From Candidatus Woesearchaeota archaeon (GTDB lineage Archaea > Nanobdellota > Nanobdellia > Pacearchaeales > GW2011-AR1): a stretch of 36,627 nucleotides of DNA. The notes beneath the pieces were generated by a model. That model was not told the DNA's origin, searched no databases, and saw nothing but the letters and a program-made list of their open reading frames with translations. The translations under genes were made by a program, and so were the position numbers. The stretch lies in the NCBI GenBank assembly GCA_964598515.1, contig CAZRBZ010000001.1, positions 1 to 36,627 of the forward strand. Reading direction: 5' to 3'. Shown piece after piece: positions 26,345 to 35,418 of this stretch (within the stretch, counting starts at the first letter, position 1; each line of letters opens with the position of its first letter).

Positions 26345-26374
26345 ATAAAAATATAAGGAGGAGGGGTTTTAAAT

Positions 26375-26764
26375 TTATTCCTGAAGTGCCTTTAATTTAT
26401 TTTGTATCTCTTCAAGTTGAGATTCAAGTGTATTTTTTGAAATTACTTTTATTTTTTCTTTTGGTTCTTTTATTTCTCTTTCTTCATAAGTCTTTTCTAA
26501 AATTTTTGGGATTTTATATATTGGAAGAATTTTTTGCAATTTTTTTATATTTAAATTAATTTGTTTTAATTTTAATTTTGTTTTATTTTTATTTTCTAAT
26601 TCTTTTAGTCTTAATTCTTTGTATTTATTTATTATTTTAATTATATTTAGTAAATTCATTTGAGAAGATAAACTTTTTGTTTTTCCTTTTTTGGCTTCAA
26701 GATAATTTAATTTTATATGAATTAATTCTTCTTTTTTTGGTTTAGAAATTTTTTTCTTTGCCAT
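26375..26764 (-). CDS. Lys-rich coiled-coil protein (hypothetical)
   Basis: 129-aa ORF. Its ATG directly follows the stop of the upstream ORF (26765). Lies upstream of alaS on the same strand. Confidence 0.45.
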   Translation of the reverse strand: MAKKKISKPKKEELIHIKLNYLEAKKGKTKSLSSQMNLLNIIKIINKYKELRLKELENKNKTKLKLKQINLNIKKLQKILPIYKIPKILEKTYEEREIKEPKEKIKVISKNTLESQLEEIQNKLKALQE

Positions 26765-27328
26765 CTAAATTTTAGAAAAAATATCTTTGTCTACTTCTTC
26801 AATTTGTTTTTTGATGTTTTGTATTTCTGTTGCCCACAAAGATAATTCTTGTTCCTCTTTTTCTTTGAGTTCTTTTGTTTCTTTTAACAATCCTTCAATT
26901 TCTAATATTTTTTCTTTTGTATCTTCAAAAATTTTTAGAGCATTTTCAAATTTATCAAGCCTGATAAATATTGGTTCTGCATCAATTGTTTTTGGTTGAG
27001 AAAATTTTTCCATTGCTTGTTGTGCGCTTGAAGTTCCTTGTTCTAATTGTAATGGAGTTGTTAATCTTTTAATTGGTTCAAGTGGGGTTTGAGTTAACTC
27101 TGGTTCTTGCATTTTAAATTCCATCTTTTCTTCCCCTACAACTGCATTTTTTATTGTATTTTGTGAAAACTTTTCTCCTAACGTGTTTGTTGGAAAAGAA
27201 GGTAGTTGATGAAGCTCTTCTTGATTTTCATAATCATCTAAACGTGGTAAATTTGGTAGAGAAGGCAATTCTGGAAGTTTTGGTAATGTTGGATTTTCTT
27301 TTTTATTTTTTTTCCCAAATAATGACAT
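26765..27328 (-). CDS. proline-repeat N-terminus / coiled-coil C-terminus protein (hypothetical)
   Basis: N-terminus PTLPKLPELPSLPNLPRL. C-terminus IFIRLDKFENALKIFEDTKEKILEIEGLLKETKELKEKEEQEL is a predicted coiled coil. Confidence 0.5.
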   Translation of the reverse strand: MSLFGKKNKKENPTLPKLPELPSLPNLPRLDDYENQEELHQLPSFPTNTLGEKFSQNTIKNAVVGEEKMEFKMQEPELTQTPLEPIKRLTTPLQLEQGTSSAQQAMEKFSQPKTIDAEPIFIRLDKFENALKIFEDTKEKILEIEGLLKETKELKEKEEQELSLWATEIQNIKKQIEEVDKDIFSKI

Positions 27329-27585
27329 AGTAACACCTCTAATTATATATCGTCTCAGGGGTTTAAAAATGTTTTTTATTTATTATTTTGAATTCTTTTT
27401 GGTTAATACTTGCTAAAAAGTTTTTCACAGATAAACAAAGGTTTTAAAATTTTTTAGATGGTGTCTAAACTTAAAAATAAAACAAAATAAATCAAAGATA
27501 AAAGGGGTAGAAAAAAAAACAAGAAAAAATTTTTTATTTTTATTAAACCGAAAGTTATTTAATTAGATTTTTTTTCAGTATTATT

Positions 27586-28455
27586 ATGTTAGATAAACTT
27601 CTTAGAGAAATGGTGGTTATAATTGTAGGAAAACAAGCTGAAGAGATTGCAAATTTATTAAATTCTAATAAACATCAAAATGAATTTACTCTCGCTAAAA
27701 AGTTAGAACTCACTATTAACCAAACAAGAAATATTTTATATAAAATTTCTAATTTTGGTTTGGTTTCTTCGATAAGAAAAAAAGATAAGAAAAAAGGTTG
27801 GTATACTTATTTTTGGAAATTTGAAACTATGAAATGTTTGAAATTTTTGAAAAATTTATTATTAGAAAATAAATTGGAAATTCAAAAGGAAATCAATCTT
27901 AGAAAAAAATCTAATTATTATGTTTGTGATTTCTGTGCTTTGGAATATGATGAAGATGAAGCACTTTTAATGGATTTTACTTGTGATGAGTGTGGAGAAT
28001 TATTTAAAATTAAAGATAATTCAAAATTGATTAAAGAATTAAATAGGCGTTTAGAAAAAATTGATGAAAAAATAGCAATAATTGATGTTGAGATTGAAAA
28101 AGAGCAAAAGAAATTAGATAAGAAAAAAGCAATTGAATTAAAGAAAGAAGAAAAAGAAAAAGAATTGAAAAAAGAAGAAGCTAAAAAGAAAAGAGCAGAG
28201 AAAAAGAAAGAAAGAGATGCTGAAAAAGCAAAGTTGGCTAAGAAAGAAGGGAAGGTTGTGAAAAAGAAAGTCACGAAGAAGAAGGCAGTGGCTAAGAAGA
28301 AAGTTGTGAAAAAGAAAGTCACGAAGAAGAAGGCAGTGGCTAAGAAGAAAGTTGTGAAAAAGAAAGTCACGAAGAAGAAGGCAGTGGCTAAGAAAGGGGT
28401 TAAGAAAAAAAAAGTTATTAAGAAGGTTGTTAAAAAAGCAGTAAAAAAGAAATAA
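27586..28455 (+). CDS. tfe: transcription factor E (TFE-alpha) with Lys-rich repetitive C-terminal tail
   Basis: N-terminal winged helix (FTLAKKLELTINQTRNILYKISNFGLVS). Zinc ribbon CDFC...CDEC. Tail of KKKVTKKKAVAKKKVV repeats. Confidence 0.85.
   Translation: MLDKLLREMVVIIVGKQAEEIANLLNSNKHQNEFTLAKKLELTINQTRNILYKISNFGLVSSIRKKDKKKGWYTYFWKFETMKCLKFLKNLLLENKLEIQKEINLRKKSNYYVCDFCALEYDEDEALLMDFTCDECGELFKIKDNSKLIKELNRRLEKIDEKIAIIDVEIEKEQKKLDKKKAIELKKEEKEKELKKEEAKKKRAEKKKERDAEKAKLAKKEGKVVKKKVTKKKAVAKKKVVKKKVTKKKAVAKKKVVKKKVTKKKAVAKKGVKKKKVIKKVVKKAVKKK
28255..28394 (+). repeat. 48-bp tandem repeat, about 2.9 copies, inside the tfe 3' end
   Basis: GTTGTGAAAAAGAAAGTCACGAAGAAGAAGGCAGTGGCTAAGAAGAAA starts at 28255, 28303 and 28351. 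Copies are identical until 28394. Confidence 0.9.
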
Positions 28456-28504
28456 TTCTTCTAGAAACTATTAAAAATAAGAATTAATTATATTTATTAT
28501 TAAA

Positions 28505-29182
28505 ATGGGTGTTTATCAAATTTATCCTAAGAAAAAAAAGAATTTTTTTGGAAATTTTTCTAATCTTAGTTTGACAACTCAATTAATTTTAATTAATGTT
28601 TTTTGTTTTGTTTTGTTTTATATTTTGATTGGAACTGATATTCTTTCTTGGGACCATATTGCAATAAATCCGGCCAATATTTTGAATGGGATGTATCTCT
28701 GGACTTTTTTTACTAGCATGTTTATGCATGGGGGAGTTTTTCATCTTTTTGTTAATATGTTATCTTTGTTTTTTGTAGGTTCTTTAATTGAGAAGATTAT
28801 TGGTAAAAAGAGATATTTTTGGTTTTATATTTTTGCAGGGTTATTTGCGGGAGTTTTATTTGTAATTTCCTCTTTTATCTTTCCAGGAGATTTACATAAT
28901 TATGCAGTTGGAGCTAGCGGAGCATTATTTGGATTGGTGGGACTTTTGGTTTTATTGACTCCAAATCTTCCTGTTTATATTATGTTTATACCTATTCCTA
29001 TTAAAATGAAATATGCTGCTTTTGGCATGGTTATATTGTTGTGGATTATTTCGATTACTGGTAATGTTCCAATCGGAAATATTGCCCATTTTGGAGGATT
29101 GGTTTTTGGTTTAATTTATGGATTAATTTTAAGAAAGAGATTTCCAAATAAAATTAGAGATATAAGTAGACATTTTAATTAA
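28505..29182 (+). CDS. rhomboid-family intramembrane serine protease
   Basis: Multi-TM protein with GASGALFGLVG (GxSG) and a later HFGGLVFGL (catalytic His). Confidence 0.9.
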   Translation: MGVYQIYPKKKKNFFGNFSNLSLTTQLILINVFCFVLFYILIGTDILSWDHIAINPANILNGMYLWTFFTSMFMHGGVFHLFVNMLSLFFVGSLIEKIIGKKRYFWFYIFAGLFAGVLFVISSFIFPGDLHNYAVGASGALFGLVGLLVLLTPNLPVYIMFIPIPIKMKYAAFGMVILLWIISITGNVPIGNIAHFGGLVFGLIYGLILRKRFPNKIRDISRHFN

Positions 29183-29311
29183 GATTACAAATTCGTGGAT
29201 TTTTTAAAGGCGAATTTTCATACTCCCATTTGACATAGAGATAGTCGCCCTTTGGATGCCCATTAATAAAATAAACCGTACAATTTAGTGCATGGTTTCA
29301 ATTAAGAACAT

Positions 29312-29917
29312 ATGAAAAATAAATTTACTATGAAAAAAATAAGTCAAAAATTGCATGATAGATATAATCTTTGTTTTGATTATTTAAAAGAATCTAGAAA
29401 TTTTATTTGGATTGCAATTGGAATTTTTTTCTTTTTTGCTTTAATTGGTTTTTTTGTTCCTCTTCCTGAAAATATTCAAAATGAAATAATTTCTTATTTT
29501 AAAAAATTAATTTTAGAAACTCAAAATTTTAATAGTTGGGAGATGATAGAATTTTTATTTATAAATAATTCTAATGCAACTTTTATTGGATTATTTTCTG
29601 GATTTTTATTTGGAATAATTCCTTTTTTTCATGCTATTTTAAATGGTTTTGTTTTGGGTTTTGCTTCTGCAATTAGTGTTTCAGAAAATGGTTTAATTTC
29701 TTTATGGAGACTTTTTCCTCATGGTATTTTTGAATTACCTGCAGTTTTTATTTCATTAGGCTTGGGTTTTAAATTGGGTAGTTTTATTTTCTTTAAAAAT
29801 GCCAAGAAAAAGTTTAGAGAATTTTTTATTAAATCAATCAATGTTTATGTTTTTATTATATTACCTTTGTTGGTTATTGCAGCAATTCTTGAGGGTTTGT
29901 TGGTTGTTTTTTTATAA
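29312..29917 (+). CDS. SpoIIM-like (DUF95) membrane protein
   Basis: Polytopic, with FPHGIFELPAVFISLGLG, the hallmark of the stage II sporulation protein M family. A CTGAAC/GTTCAG hairpin follows the stop. Confidence 0.75.
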   Translation: MKNKFTMKKISQKLHDRYNLCFDYLKESRNFIWIAIGIFFFFALIGFFVPLPENIQNEIISYFKKLILETQNFNSWEMIEFLFINNSNATFIGLFSGFLFGIIPFFHAILNGFVLGFASAISVSENGLISLWRLFPHGIFELPAVFISLGLGFKLGSFIFFKNAKKKFREFFIKSINVYVFIILPLLVIAAILEGLLVVFL

Positions 29918-30132
29918 CTAGAAATTTACTGAACAAGTTCAGAATGATAGAACAAAATTTTGGAATGTGGTTCACAAAATTTTAAAAGAATGAAATTAAT
30001 CGAGGAATTTTTAGAAGGATAGGCTAGATTTAAATAAATTAAAAATGAAATAATTGAGAAAATAAAATTTGAGAAATATTTTATAAAAACTAAAGCTAAC
30101 TAATTTTATCTAAATTATTTTTTTAAGAAAAT

Positions 30133-30324
30133 TTAATTTTTTAATTCACTAATTCCCATAACAATGAGAATTAATCCAATTAATGGAATAAGGATAGTTA
30201 ATCCCCCTTTAATCATGGTAATTGCAGCTTCTCCCCAGGATAAAAGGTATTGTTCTTGTGAAACAAAGAAAATTGTTCCTGTAAGAAAAATTAATCCTAA
30301 TAAAATTTTTAATATTTTTTTCAT
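30133..30324 (-). CDS. small two-TM membrane protein (hypothetical)
   Basis: 63-aa ORF with two clean hydrophobic helices. Promoter-like modules lie upstream. Confidence 0.4.
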   Translation of the reverse strand: MKKILKILLGLIFLTGTIFFVSQEQYLLSWGEAAITMIKGGLTILIPLIGLILIVMGISELKN

Positions 30325-30758
30325 ACTTTGTAAAGTTAATTATATTTTAAAAAGATTTTCGTGGTGGGAGAAGAAAGAAATAGAAGAAAGATTATTGATT
30401 TTGAGGATGAAATTTAGATAATTATAATTTTCGTTTAGCCCCTCTCAACTCAAACTTTCAATTCTGAAATGTTTGTAATTGGGAGAATTGAACCTTTTTG
30501 TCCATCCAAATATTTGTTAAAATTTTTAAGTAATTATGGTAAAGCAAGAAAGGGTTTAGATTGTGGAAGAAAGTTATTGGAGAAGAATTATAAAGATAAG
30601 TTAAAATTTAATATGGAGCGTAATAGAAATTAAATTTGCGTTTAGCAATTTAATTGAAGGGAGTGTTTGATTTTTTGAAGAAATATTTAAGGGGAGAGGT
30701 TAGATTTAGATAATTATTTATTAGTTAATCTTAAAAGATTTGAATTTTTGTTGATTTT

Positions 30759-31499
30759 ATGAAGATAGTTGTTGTTCCTGGAATTAATGGACTTGGAGTT
30801 ACTCAGGGAGTTGAAAAAAGTTATTTAGAAGTTTTGGAAAGGCAAGATTTTGAAAAGATTAATTTGAATAATGGGAATATTGAAGAGCAATTGGAGCAGA
30901 TTGTTGGTGGAACAAAGAGATATTTTAATGGGGGGAAAGTTTTGTTTTTTGGAGGAGATCATTCAATTAGTTATGGTTTGGTTTTGAATTTTTTTGAGAA
31001 GTATAAAAATGGAAAGTTGATTGTTTTTGATGCACATCCTGATTTAATGGAACAAATGCCAGAACCTGGCCATGAAGAATGGTTGCGAGCGGTTGTTGAG
31101 AAAACAGGAATTGATGGGAAAAGGATTTTGATTGTGGGAGTTAGGAAGAATTCTGAGAATGTTGATAAAAGAGAGATTGATTATGCAAAAGAAAAAGGAA
31201 TTAAGATAATTTATTCTGATGAATTTGATTCTAGAAGAGAGGAAATTTTAGAATTTATTGGTTCAGGAGAATTATATTGTTCGTTTGATATTGATGTTTT
31301 TGATAGTTCTATTATTGCTTCTACTGGTTATCCTGAGGAAAATGGGTTGAATGAGGAGCAAATGTTTAGGTTGTTGGAAGAAATTGGAGAGAAAATTAAT
31401 TATTTTGATTTGGTTGAGGTTAATTTAGAGAAGGGTAGTGAAGAGGAGAAGAAAAGGACGAGGGATGTTGTGGAGAAGGTTTTGAGCGAGTTTGGTTAA
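30759..31499 (+). CDS. arginase-fold ureohydrolase (agmatinase/arginase family), short form
   Basis: Metal-binding motifs FFGGDHSISYG, VFDAHPDL and SFDIDVFD in canonical order. 246 aa. Confidence 0.8.
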   Translation: MKIVVVPGINGLGVTQGVEKSYLEVLERQDFEKINLNNGNIEEQLEQIVGGTKRYFNGGKVLFFGGDHSISYGLVLNFFEKYKNGKLIVFDAHPDLMEQMPEPGHEEWLRAVVEKTGIDGKRILIVGVRKNSENVDKREIDYAKEKGIKIIYSDEFDSRREEILEFIGSGELYCSFDIDVFDSSIIASTGYPEENGLNEEQMFRLLEEIGEKINYFDLVEVNLEKGSEEEKKRTRDVVEKVLSEFG

Positions 31500-31835
31500 C
31501 ATCGCGATTAAACAACCCCTAGGTCACGAATGGAATGTAATGACCTCATGAGTTTTTTCTGCAAGAAAAAATTTGGGAAAATCCTTGCAGGATTTTCTGT
31601 TTAACTGTTGTTGCTTGACCCGAACGAAGTGAGAGTCTGCAAGGCGTGGCAAGAAATTATGAAATAATTTCGCAAATTTTTAATTTTTCTTTTCAGGTTA
31701 GGGAGGACGATGGGACAACCAATATATTGGGGAGATAAGCCCGCTTTTTGTTTCTTTTTTCTGCTTGAAGAGTACCTCTTTTGGGCAAAAAGAAAATGGG
31801 GATTTCCTTTTTGCCTTCTTTTTCTAAAAGAAATT

Positions 31836-32219
31836 TTACCAAGAAACATAAGCACTAAAATCAGAAGACCACATACTTTTCTTAATTCCTATTTTTCCCT
31901 CTGTGTCTTTGGGAACCTCAAAAATTATTTCTGCTCTTTTTGGAAGTCTTGGTTGTAATTTATCCAGCCCGCTAAAAAGATTGTTATATCCATAATCTAT
32001 TTTTGCATTAATATCTTCTTCAAATTCTCTTCCTTGTGAATCAACTATGAAAATATTATCTTTAAAATATTCAGGTTCATTATTTATGTTTTCAATTGTT
32101 ATATCTGCTATCAAGAAAATTCCGTCTGATTTTTCTACTCCCATTATGCTTTCTCCAACTTGCGTTTTTGATAGGCTGTTTTTGAAACCACGACTTTCAA
32201 GTCGTGGATGTCTTTTCAA
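31836..32219 (-). pseudogene. DUF4352-like extracellular domain gene, N-terminally truncated
   Basis: GIFLIADITIENINNEPEYF ... FIVDSQGREFE ... LQPRLPKRAEIIFEVPKD fits the DUF4352 pattern. It lacks any signal peptide or TM. The ORF begins inside the recombinase remnant. Confidence 0.5.
32188..32207. repeat. perfect palindrome CCACGACTT-tc-AAGTCGTGG
   Basis: 9-bp arms with a 2-nt spacer. Lies at the junction of the truncated DUF4352 ORF and the recombinase pseudogene. Confidence 0.8.
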
Positions 32220-32249
32220 AAAAGATTGTGTCGGGGGCTTTGGCGAGAC

Positions 32250-32689
32250 GGTATTCTCGAAGGGTGAGCGTCACATTGTCGAGGGTGAATGTAAAAATTC
32301 GTGTCTTGAAAATCTGCGGTCAAGCCCACAACTTAAGTTGGGGGGTAGCAGATTTTAGCGAATTTGTGACTTTATTAAGAAGAATTTGTTAAAGTATTAT
32401 AGTAAGTATTAGTTTAGAAATAAGTACTTGTTTGAGGGGCGCAGTGGCGGGAAATATAGTAAGAAATCTGTTCAGAAGATTTTGGAGAGGTTCGGGGAAG
32501 AGGGTTGGAATTAAAATTACTAATCATATGCTTCGTCATTCTTATGCTACCCATTTGTTAGAAAATGGAACTGATTTGAGAATTATTCAGAAGCTTTTAG
32601 GACATTCGGATTTGAAAACTACTGAGATTTATACTTATGTTTCTAAGAAGGGATTGGAGGAGACTAGGAGTCCTTTGGATAATTTGTAA
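32250..32689 (+). pseudogene. tyrosine recombinase (Xer/phage-integrase family) pseudogene: N-terminally truncated, in-frame stops and a frameshift
   Basis: Frame 1 reads ...[54 protein letters not shown]. After a frameshift near 32495 it reads [46 protein letters not shown] (HxLRH, LGH and catalytic Tyr boxes). Confidence 0.75.
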
Positions 32690-32812
32690 CAAAAACTTTA
32701 AAAGTCCCTAATTCTAAATATTTTTATGAAAGTGAAAGATTTAGCTATTCCAATTCTTAGGAAATAAGTTAGTCAGTACTTTTTCATTAAATTCTAATTG
32801 TATTAATTTAAA

Positions 32813-33805
32813 ATGAAAGTTAAAGATTTTATGTGGCATGAAGATATGAAGGTTTCTGAATTAGTTGGCGATTTAAGTCAGGTTGGTTTTCAGAGTGTAG
32901 AGTTAGCTAAGGCTAAAGATGTTATTGTGAAAATAAAAAAGAATAATGCTAAAGTGTTTTTGACTTTTACTTCTAATATGGTGACTTCGGGATTGAGGGG
33001 ATTTTTTGCTCAATTGGTTGAAGTGGGTATTCCGAATTTTTTGGTTACAACTGCTGGAGCGATTGAGGAAGATATTATGAAGGCCATTGGTGAGAAATTT
33101 GATATTGGTTCTTTTGATGCTGATGATGTTGAACTCCATGAAAAAGGAATTAACAGAGTTGGAAATTTAATGATTAATACTGAAGGATATATGAAATTTG
33201 AAGATTGGATTGTTAAAGCTTTGGAAAAATGTTATGAAAAAAAGAAGCGTTGGTCTGTTTCTGAGTTGTTGAAGGAATTTGGTTTGATGCTTTCAGATAA
33301 AAGTTCAATTTTGTATCAAGCTGCAAAAAAAGATGTTCCAATTTTTTGTCCTGCAATTACTGATGCTGGAATTGGTTTTCATTTGTATTTATTTCAACAA
33401 AAGCACAAAGATTTTATCGTTGATGTAGTGGCGGATTTTGGAAATATTTTACTTGGAACTAGTTTTGATGATAAAAAGGCAGTTATTGCTTTGGGTGGTT
33501 CTATTTCAAAACATCATGCTATTTTAGCGACTTTGCTTAACGGTGGCGCGGAATATGCTGTTTATATGACGACTGCTCATAAAAGTTCTGGTTCGATGAG
33601 TGGAGCGACAACTCAGGAAGCTAAATCTTGGGGAAAAGTTAAAGATGAGAGTGATATTGCTACCGTCAATGGAGATGTTACGATTATGTTTCCTTTGGCG
33701 ATGATTGCTGCTTTGGATGAATTAAAGAGAGAAAATCTTCTTGACGAAGATTATCGGTTGCCAAAAAAAGAAGGTTTTTTGACAAAGGAGGGGTTGTTGA
33801 AATGA
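32813..33805 (+). CDS. dys: deoxyhypusine synthase
   Basis: TSNMVTSGLRG, TTAGAIEEDIMK, GGSISKHH and EAKSWGKV (catalytic Lys region). 330 aa. Confidence 0.95.
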   Translation: MKVKDFMWHEDMKVSELVGDLSQVGFQSVELAKAKDVIVKIKKNNAKVFLTFTSNMVTSGLRGFFAQLVEVGIPNFLVTTAGAIEEDIMKAIGEKFDIGSFDADDVELHEKGINRVGNLMINTEGYMKFEDWIVKALEKCYEKKKRWSVSELLKEFGLMLSDKSSILYQAAKKDVPIFCPAITDAGIGFHLYLFQQKHKDFIVDVVADFGNILLGTSFDDKKAVIALGGSISKHHAILATLLNGGAEYAVYMTTAHKSSGSMSGATTQEAKSWGKVKDESDIATVNGDVTIMFPLAMIAALDELKRENLLDEDYRLPKKEGFLTKEGLLK

Positions 33806-34836
33806 AACCTTTATTTGAAATTTCAAAGAAAGTTGTTTTGGAAAAATTTGATGAAGTAAAAGAGGTAAGTGATATTGTTTCTTATTCTTCTAAAACAAAT
33901 CCTATTGTTACTGGTATTCTTGAAGAAGAAAGAGATTGTTTGTTTAGTGTTCATTCTGTTAATGAATTGAAAAATGTTAAGGATAAATCTAAAATTTTGT
34001 TTTTGGCTCAAGGTTGGAATAAAGAAGAATTGAAATTTTTGATTGAGGAAGGAGTTAGAAAATTTGTTGTAGATAATATTCAGGATTTGGAAATGTTGAG
34101 GAAATTTATGGTTGATGGGGAGGTAAAAATTAATTTGTTTTTGAGATTAAAATTGAAGGAGAATACTTTGAGAACGGAAAAATATTTTGTTTTTGGATTT
34201 GGTTCGGATTTTATTAATGAAAATATTTTGAATTTGAAAAATTTGGATTTTATTGAAAAAATTGGAATTCATTTTCATCGTAAGACTCAGAATATTGCTG
34301 AGTGGGATTTGAAAAGAGAGATTGAAAATGTTTTGTCTGATGAAGTTTTGAGGGGAAGTGATTATATGGTTATTGGTGGGGGGCTTCCATCGGTTTATGC
34401 AAATACTAATGTTAAAGTTTTTTCTGGGATTTTTGATAAAATTAAAAAATTTAGAGAGTGGTTAAGTTCCAAAAACATTAAGATGATTATTGAACCTGGA
34501 AGATATATTGCTGGCCCTGCTGGAAAATTGATTTCTCATGTAAAAGCTGTTTATGATAATAATATTGTTGTTGATGTTTCTGTTTATAATTCTGATTTGG
34601 ATGCTTTAATTGTTTCTGTTAAACTTTTGGTTGAGGGGGAAGTCAATAAGAGGGATGGTGGACCTTATATTGTGAAGGGAATTACTCCTTGTTCTATGGA
34701 TTTATTTAGATATCGGGTTTATTTGAAAGAGAAACCAATTGTGGGGGAAGAGTTTGTTTTTTTGAATGCTGGAGCTTATAATTTTACTACAAATTTTTGT
34801 GATTTGGATTTAATTGAGACAAAAATTGTTGATTGA
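33802..34836 (+). CDS. PLP-dependent decarboxylase, fold type III (Orn/Arg/DAP decarboxylase family), short form
   Basis: SYSSKTNP (PLP Lys), GIHFHRKTQN, GGGLPS, EPGRYIAGPAG and GITPCSMDLF. ATGA overlap with dys, and AGGAGGGG lies about 10 nt upstream of the start. Confidence 0.8.
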   Translation: MKPLFEISKKVVLEKFDEVKEVSDIVSYSSKTNPIVTGILEEERDCLFSVHSVNELKNVKDKSKILFLAQGWNKEELKFLIEEGVRKFVVDNIQDLEMLRKFMVDGEVKINLFLRLKLKENTLRTEKYFVFGFGSDFINENILNLKNLDFIEKIGIHFHRKTQNIAEWDLKREIENVLSDEVLRGSDYMVIGGGLPSVYANTNVKVFSGIFDKIKKFREWLSSKNIKMIIEPGRYIAGPAGKLISHVKAVYDNNIVVDVSVYNSDLDALIVSVKLLVEGEVNKRDGGPYIVKGITPCSMDLFRYRVYLKEKPIVGEEFVFLNAGAYNFTTNFCDLDLIETKIVD

Positions 34837-34888
34837 TTATATTCTCTAGTGTTAAAAAATTTATAAGGGATATATTCTTTAGGGATTT

Positions 34889-35368
34889 ATGGGGTTTTTC
34901 AATTTTGAAAGTTGGGAGAGTAAACGTTTACGTAAAGAGTGGGGTATTCCAAAAGAAATAGAATATTGGAATTTTTCTGATTTTCGAGATCCTTTGAAAA
35001 GTAAGAAATATATAGTTAAGATTAAACCATCTATGAAAAATTTTAATTTTGAAAAAAGTTCTGAACAACGTCTTTATGTAAATATTGAATTAAATGAAAT
35101 TGTAGGGGTTAAATATAAAAATAAAATTTATTGGGATCAATCTGCAAAATTAATTGAATTTCCTAAATTAAAATTAATTTTTTCTGATGAATTTCCTTTG
35201 ACCAAAGATCATACTGTGAAAAATATTTTTTATAATATCCATAAAAAATATGGTTTAGAAAAAAAATTTATCAATAATCTCTTTGAGCCATCTATTTGTG
35301 ATTTGTTAAAATATAAAAAAAGAAAATTTAATCCAAAAAATATAAAAAATTGTTGTGAAAATAAATAA
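34889..35368 (+). CDS. hypothetical protein
   Basis: 159-aa ORF. No family recognised. Confidence 0.4.
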   Translation: MGFFNFESWESKRLRKEWGIPKEIEYWNFSDFRDPLKSKKYIVKIKPSMKNFNFEKSSEQRLYVNIELNEIVGVKYKNKIYWDQSAKLIEFPKLKLIFSDEFPLTKDHTVKNIFYNIHKKYGLEKKFINNLFEPSICDLLKYKKRKFNPKNIKNCCENK

Positions 35369-35418
35369 TTTGATTTTTTCTTACAAATATTTATATAATT
35401 CTATTATTTATTTTTGTT

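Noticed and set aside
27918-28370. 150-aa antisense ORF within tfe, and similar antisense ORFs in leuS, alaS, dys, tfb, the hydrogenase-like gene and the disA start (e.g. 19773..20120, 20012..20266, 21320..21607, 25878..26060, 32903..33139, 12930..13186, 16038..16310, 35391..35645)
   Set aside because: They mirror well-supported genes on the opposite strand or in another frame. F/S/L-rich translations arise from reading K/E-rich codons backwards.
31601-31958. ORFs 31601..31855 (-) and 31710..31958 (+), the latter with a GGGAGG 3 nt (ACG) upstream of its ATG
   Set aside because: The two ORFs overlap each other, and 31710..31958 also overlaps the 3' end of the DUF4352 remnant. Their translations are compositionally odd (W/F/C- or K/R-rich) and span a strong hairpin plus a T-run. 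More likely this is non-coding debris of the degraded element.
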